Of a stretch of 64,000 bases of DNA, positions 61,035-64,000 are shown one piece after another. The stretch lies in the NCBI GenBank assembly GCA_965215885.1, contig CBDCEW010000104.1, forward strand, positions 96,001 through 160,000. The letters run 5' to 3'. The position numbers and the translations under genes are program-made. Source of the DNA: Candidatus Moanibacter sp. Lineage in GTDB: Bacteria; Verrucomicrobiota; Verrucomicrobiia; Opitutales; UBA2987. The notes under the pieces were generated by a model, which made no database searches, was not told the DNA's origin, and saw nothing but the letters and a program-made list of their open reading frames with translations. Numbering within the stretch: the first letter of the stretch is position 1; each line of letters starts with the position of its first letter.

Positions 61035-61184
61035 CGTTACTTCTTCAGAACAGTTAGGAATTAGTGTTAGAGGAATCTGCCGGAGTTTGAGTCCAACAGA
61101 TCTCTACCGCGAAGATTCCGAAAAATCTTGGACAAATGCAAGAATTCTGACGAAATTGTGCGAGTATTAGCCCAGTTCACCGGA

Positions 61185-62402
61185 ATGCTTGGAGTCCTGC
61201 GGGTATCTTCATTTCGCTACTTGTTTCTCGGTAGCGCTCTCTGGTGGTTTGCGTTGTGGATGGAATTTTTGGGGGTCGGGTGGATCGCCCTCGAGTTAAC
61301 CGATTCACCATTTTACGTCGGCCTTGTCGGATTTTTTCGGATGATCCCGTTGCTTCTGGCCGGTTTATTCTCGGGATTCATCATCGATCGAATTGGAAGG
61401 CGACGAATCGTTGTTTTCGCACAGGTCTTGCATTTCTCGGTAGCGGTGACCATGGCCCTTCTGTTTTTCTCAGAGAACGCGGAATACTGGCACATCGCGA
61501 CGGCCGCATTCGCCTTTGGAACGATATGGTCAATTGACTTTCCTGCCCGCCGCTCCCTGATTCCTGATCTCGTAGGGAAAAAGATGACGGCCGATGCCGT
61601 CATTTGTGAGGGATTTGCCATGAACGCAGGTCGGCTGTTTGGACCACTTGCAGCAGGGTTTGTCCTTCAAATAGCGGGCGCACTGGGATGCTACATTCTC
61701 TTGTGCGCCGTTTCGCTGTCGTCCCTCATCTTTTTGCGGCGATTGCCTTCCGGCTTCATCCCGCGCGATGCCATGCCGGCGGCTGATTCACCTTGGAAGC
61801 ATCTGCGCGATGGATTAACCTATGCGCGGCGGCACCGGGTCATCCTTGCCGTTCTTCTGATAACGATGGTGGCAAATTATCTCGCGTTTCCCTATGTGGC
61901 CCTGCTGCCGGTTTTTGCGCGGGATGTATTTCACCAGGGTCCAAGTGGGCTTGGACTCATTGGAATGGCGGCTGGTCTGGGAGCTCTGCCAGGGATACTG
62001 ATCATTTACCGTATGAAGAAGAAGATTCCGGAAGGTGTGATCTACTCGGTCGGCACCTTCGGCTTTTGCGTGGCGCTCGCCGTTTTCGCAATGTCCTCGT
62101 CGTTCTCGCTCTCTTTTCTCGTGCTTCTTATCGCCGGCATCGGCCATGCATGCTTTGGATTGATGCAGACCACTCTTATACTCGGTTCGGCAAGTGACGA
62201 GATGAGAAGCCGGGCCATGGGATTAATTGTCCTGGCCATCGGAGTCGGTCCTATTGGGACGCTTCAGATGGGCGCACTGGCTTCTGAGTTCGGGGCTCCC
62301 TTTGCAGTTCGGGTATCGGCGTTGTTGGGGGCAATTCTCATAATTATCATAGTAGTCCTGCTGCCTCAGATATGGAGAGCTGGGAAACAACTCACCTCAT
62401 AA
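61185..62402 (+). CDS. MFS transporter
   Basis: About 12 transmembrane segments; GFIIDRIGRRR motif A; DFPARRSL. Start position uncertain. Confidence 0.9.
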   Translation: MLGVLRVSSFRYLFLGSALWWFALWMEFLGVGWIALELTDSPFYVGLVGFFRMIPLLLAGLFSGFIIDRIGRRRIVVFAQVLHFSVAVTMALLFFSENAEYWHIATAAFAFGTIWSIDFPARRSLIPDLVGKKMTADAVICEGFAMNAGRLFGPLAAGFVLQIAGALGCYILLCAVSLSSLIFLRRLPSGFIPRDAMPAADSPWKHLRDGLTYARRHRVILAVLLITMVANYLAFPYVALLPVFARDVFHQGPSGLGLIGMAAGLGALPGILIIYRMKKKIPEGVIYSVGTFGFCVALAVFAMSSSFSLSFLVLLIAGIGHACFGLMQTTLILGSASDEMRSRAMGLIVLAIGVGPIGTLQMGALASEFGAPFAVRVSALLGAILIIIIVVLLPQIWRAGKQLTS

Positions 62403-62497
62403 AGGCTTGTCCTGAAAGACGCCTAAACTTACTTTCCATATTTCATAGCGAGTAGCTATTCTCGATAAGTGGGTAAGAGATTCAAAAGGGCTCTAAA

Positions 62498-62956
62498 ATG
62501 AGACTAAATCTGAACTGGGATACTGTTTCTCAGGAGACCGTCAGGCAGTTTGATGAAGAAGGATATTTGATTGTCCGCGAGGCGCTCGATGCGGACGCGG
62601 TTGACCCCCTCACGGAGGCCGCCGACCGGCTTGTTGCCAGTGATAATTTGGAAAACCGTCAGACTCGAGATAATGGCCAGTATGATGGATTTCGCAACTG
62701 CATTGCTCTGGATGACGCCTTCCTTCCGCTTCTCATGCATGAAACTGTCTTCCCGATGGTAATTCAGTTCCTGGGCGCCTACCTTCATCTCGTGACTTCG
62801 CATCTCATCTACAAACACCCCGATCCTCCAGGCACTCATCCGGGAACCAGGCATCCGAGTTGGCATCGCGACTACGGGCGTTTTACCAGCGATCTGGGTC
62901 AGGCCGCCGATGTGGAAAGAACATTTGATAAATTCGTGACGAGTGGATGGTTTTAG
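62498..62956 (+). pseudogene. PhyH family dioxygenase missing its C-terminal half
   Basis: FDEEGYLIV and WHRD are present; no VPGSH or distal His; similarity breaks at about 62900. Confidence 0.8.
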
Positions 62957-63057
62957 GGTGTCGTTCAATCGGCTTTAACTTGGTAATACCCCGTACGCGG
63001 CAAGCCGGGACGGGGAAGAATCATCTTGGATAATGAAACGCAATAGAACTTACTAAT

Positions 63058-64000
63058 ATGATGGATAAGAAAACCATTCATAGCGGTATCATTGGGGCCG
63101 GATTTTCGGCGAGTTTTCACTTCGAATCGTTGCGACGAATTAACGACACGGACGTGGAATGTGTCGGTGTTTATTCGCCGAATCGAGCGAAGGATTTTGC
63201 CGGGGAGCGAAATATTCGCGCCTTTGACAGCCTCGAAGCTTTGATCGACGCTTGCGACGTGCTGCATGTCTGCGTCCCTCCTGCGGTCCACGAATCGGTC
63301 ACTCTGGAGACGCTCAGGCGTGGCAAACATGCGATTGTCGAGAAGCCCTTCACCGGTTATTTCGGAGACGGCGATGAAGATTTTGATGCGCGCCATTGTT
63401 CCAGAGAGACCATGCGAGACGGCGCCATGTCCAGCGTACGCCGTCTCGCCGAGGCCGAGGCTGCCAGTGATGGACAGATCCTTTATGCCGAGAACTGGGT
63501 CTACGCACCCTCGATTCGGAAGGAGTGCGAAATAATCAGAAAGACGGGAGCACAGATTCTTTGGATGCACGGCGAGGAGGCTCACCACGGGTCGCACGCG
63601 CATTTTTACGGGTTCTGGAAGCACAATGGGGGTGGGGCGCTTATAGGAAAGGGTTGCCACCCGCTGACTGCCGCCCTCTATCTCAAGCGCGTCGAGGGTA
63701 TCTGCCGGAAGGGAAAGGCGATACGTCCCGCCGCCATCAGTTGCCGCACCCATTCGATTACTCGACTTCCCGAATTCGTCGATCGGGGCCATCTGCGCAC
63801 CGAGTACTTCGATGTCGAGGATTTCGTTATGACACACATCATATTTGAAGACGGTACCATCGCGGACGTCTGTGCTTCCGAAATCATACACGGTGGAATT
63901 CACAACTGGCTGGAAGTAAACGCCAACAACCATCGCACCCTCTGTAATATTAATCCAAATACAGCCATGTTGACTTACAATCCGAAGGAAGAGTACTTCG
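63058..64000 (+). CDS. Gfo/Idh/MocA oxidoreductase, 3' end runs off the window
   Basis: Not in the ORF track. Manual translation MMDKKTIHSGIIGAGFSASFH...IVEKPFTGYFG...YAENWVYAP...GKGCHPL is open to the window end. Confidence 0.9.
   Translation, partial: MMDKKTIHSGIIGAGFSASFHFESLRRINDTDVECVGVYSPNRAKDFAGERNIRAFDSLEALIDACDVLHVCVPPAVHESVTLETLRRGKHAIVEKPFTGYFGDGDEDFDARHCSRETMRDGAMSSVRRLAEAEAASDGQILYAENWVYAPSIRKECEIIRKTGAQILWMHGEEAHHGSHAHFYGFWKHNGGGALIGKGCHPLTAALYLKRVEGICRKGKAIRPAAISCRTHSITRLPEFVDRGHLRTEYFDVEDFVMTHIIFEDGTIADVCASEIIHGGIHNWLEVNANNHRTLCNINPNTAMLTYNPKEEYF

Noticed and set aside
62965..63933. 322-aa minus-strand ORF
   Set aside because: Antisense shadow of the plus-strand Gfo/Idh/MocA gene starting at 63058.
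1..64000. CRISPR array
   Set aside because: The repeats are dispersed palindromes or MITEs, not regularly spaced identical repeats with unique spacers; no cas genes.

Overview
Bacterial chromosomal window, most likely from a Verrucomicrobiota (Opitutales-like) genome. This is an inference from the hypothetical proteins, the RAYT type and the ybeY/HD/phoH/HIT/lpt/hprK/dnaA gene order. The housekeeping core (about 17-42 kb) holds hemB, pyrD, tRNA-Leu, tsaE, thiL, a nuclease-DinG/XPD helicase, recO, ybeY, a 7TM-HD phosphodiesterase, phoH, lptCAB, hprK, dnaA and ligA. Accessory metabolic genes flank it: PLP enzymes, a signal-peptide-bearing TenA, ThDP enzymes, PhyH dioxygenases, Gfo/Idh/MocA oxidoreductases, a TonB receptor and an MFS transporter. 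Three things stand out. (1) An intact 2955-bp two-ORF insertion element (2366-5320) with terminal inverted repeats, a 9-bp target duplication, an IS256/MULE-like D-D-CxxH-E transposase and an A8 slippage junction, inserted into the arm of a MITE. (2) At least four MITE/REP families, one of which repeatedly abuts TAG stop codons and forms mosaic arrays, plus a RAYT-type HUH transposase. (3) Many broken genes, several with 9-35 bp copied exactly from nearby DNA at the breakpoint. This templated-insertion signature reflects either an unusual end-joining/template-switch process or a systematic assembly or amplification artefact. No CRISPR array, rRNA or prophage was seen. All calls come from reading the sequence; no database searches were run.
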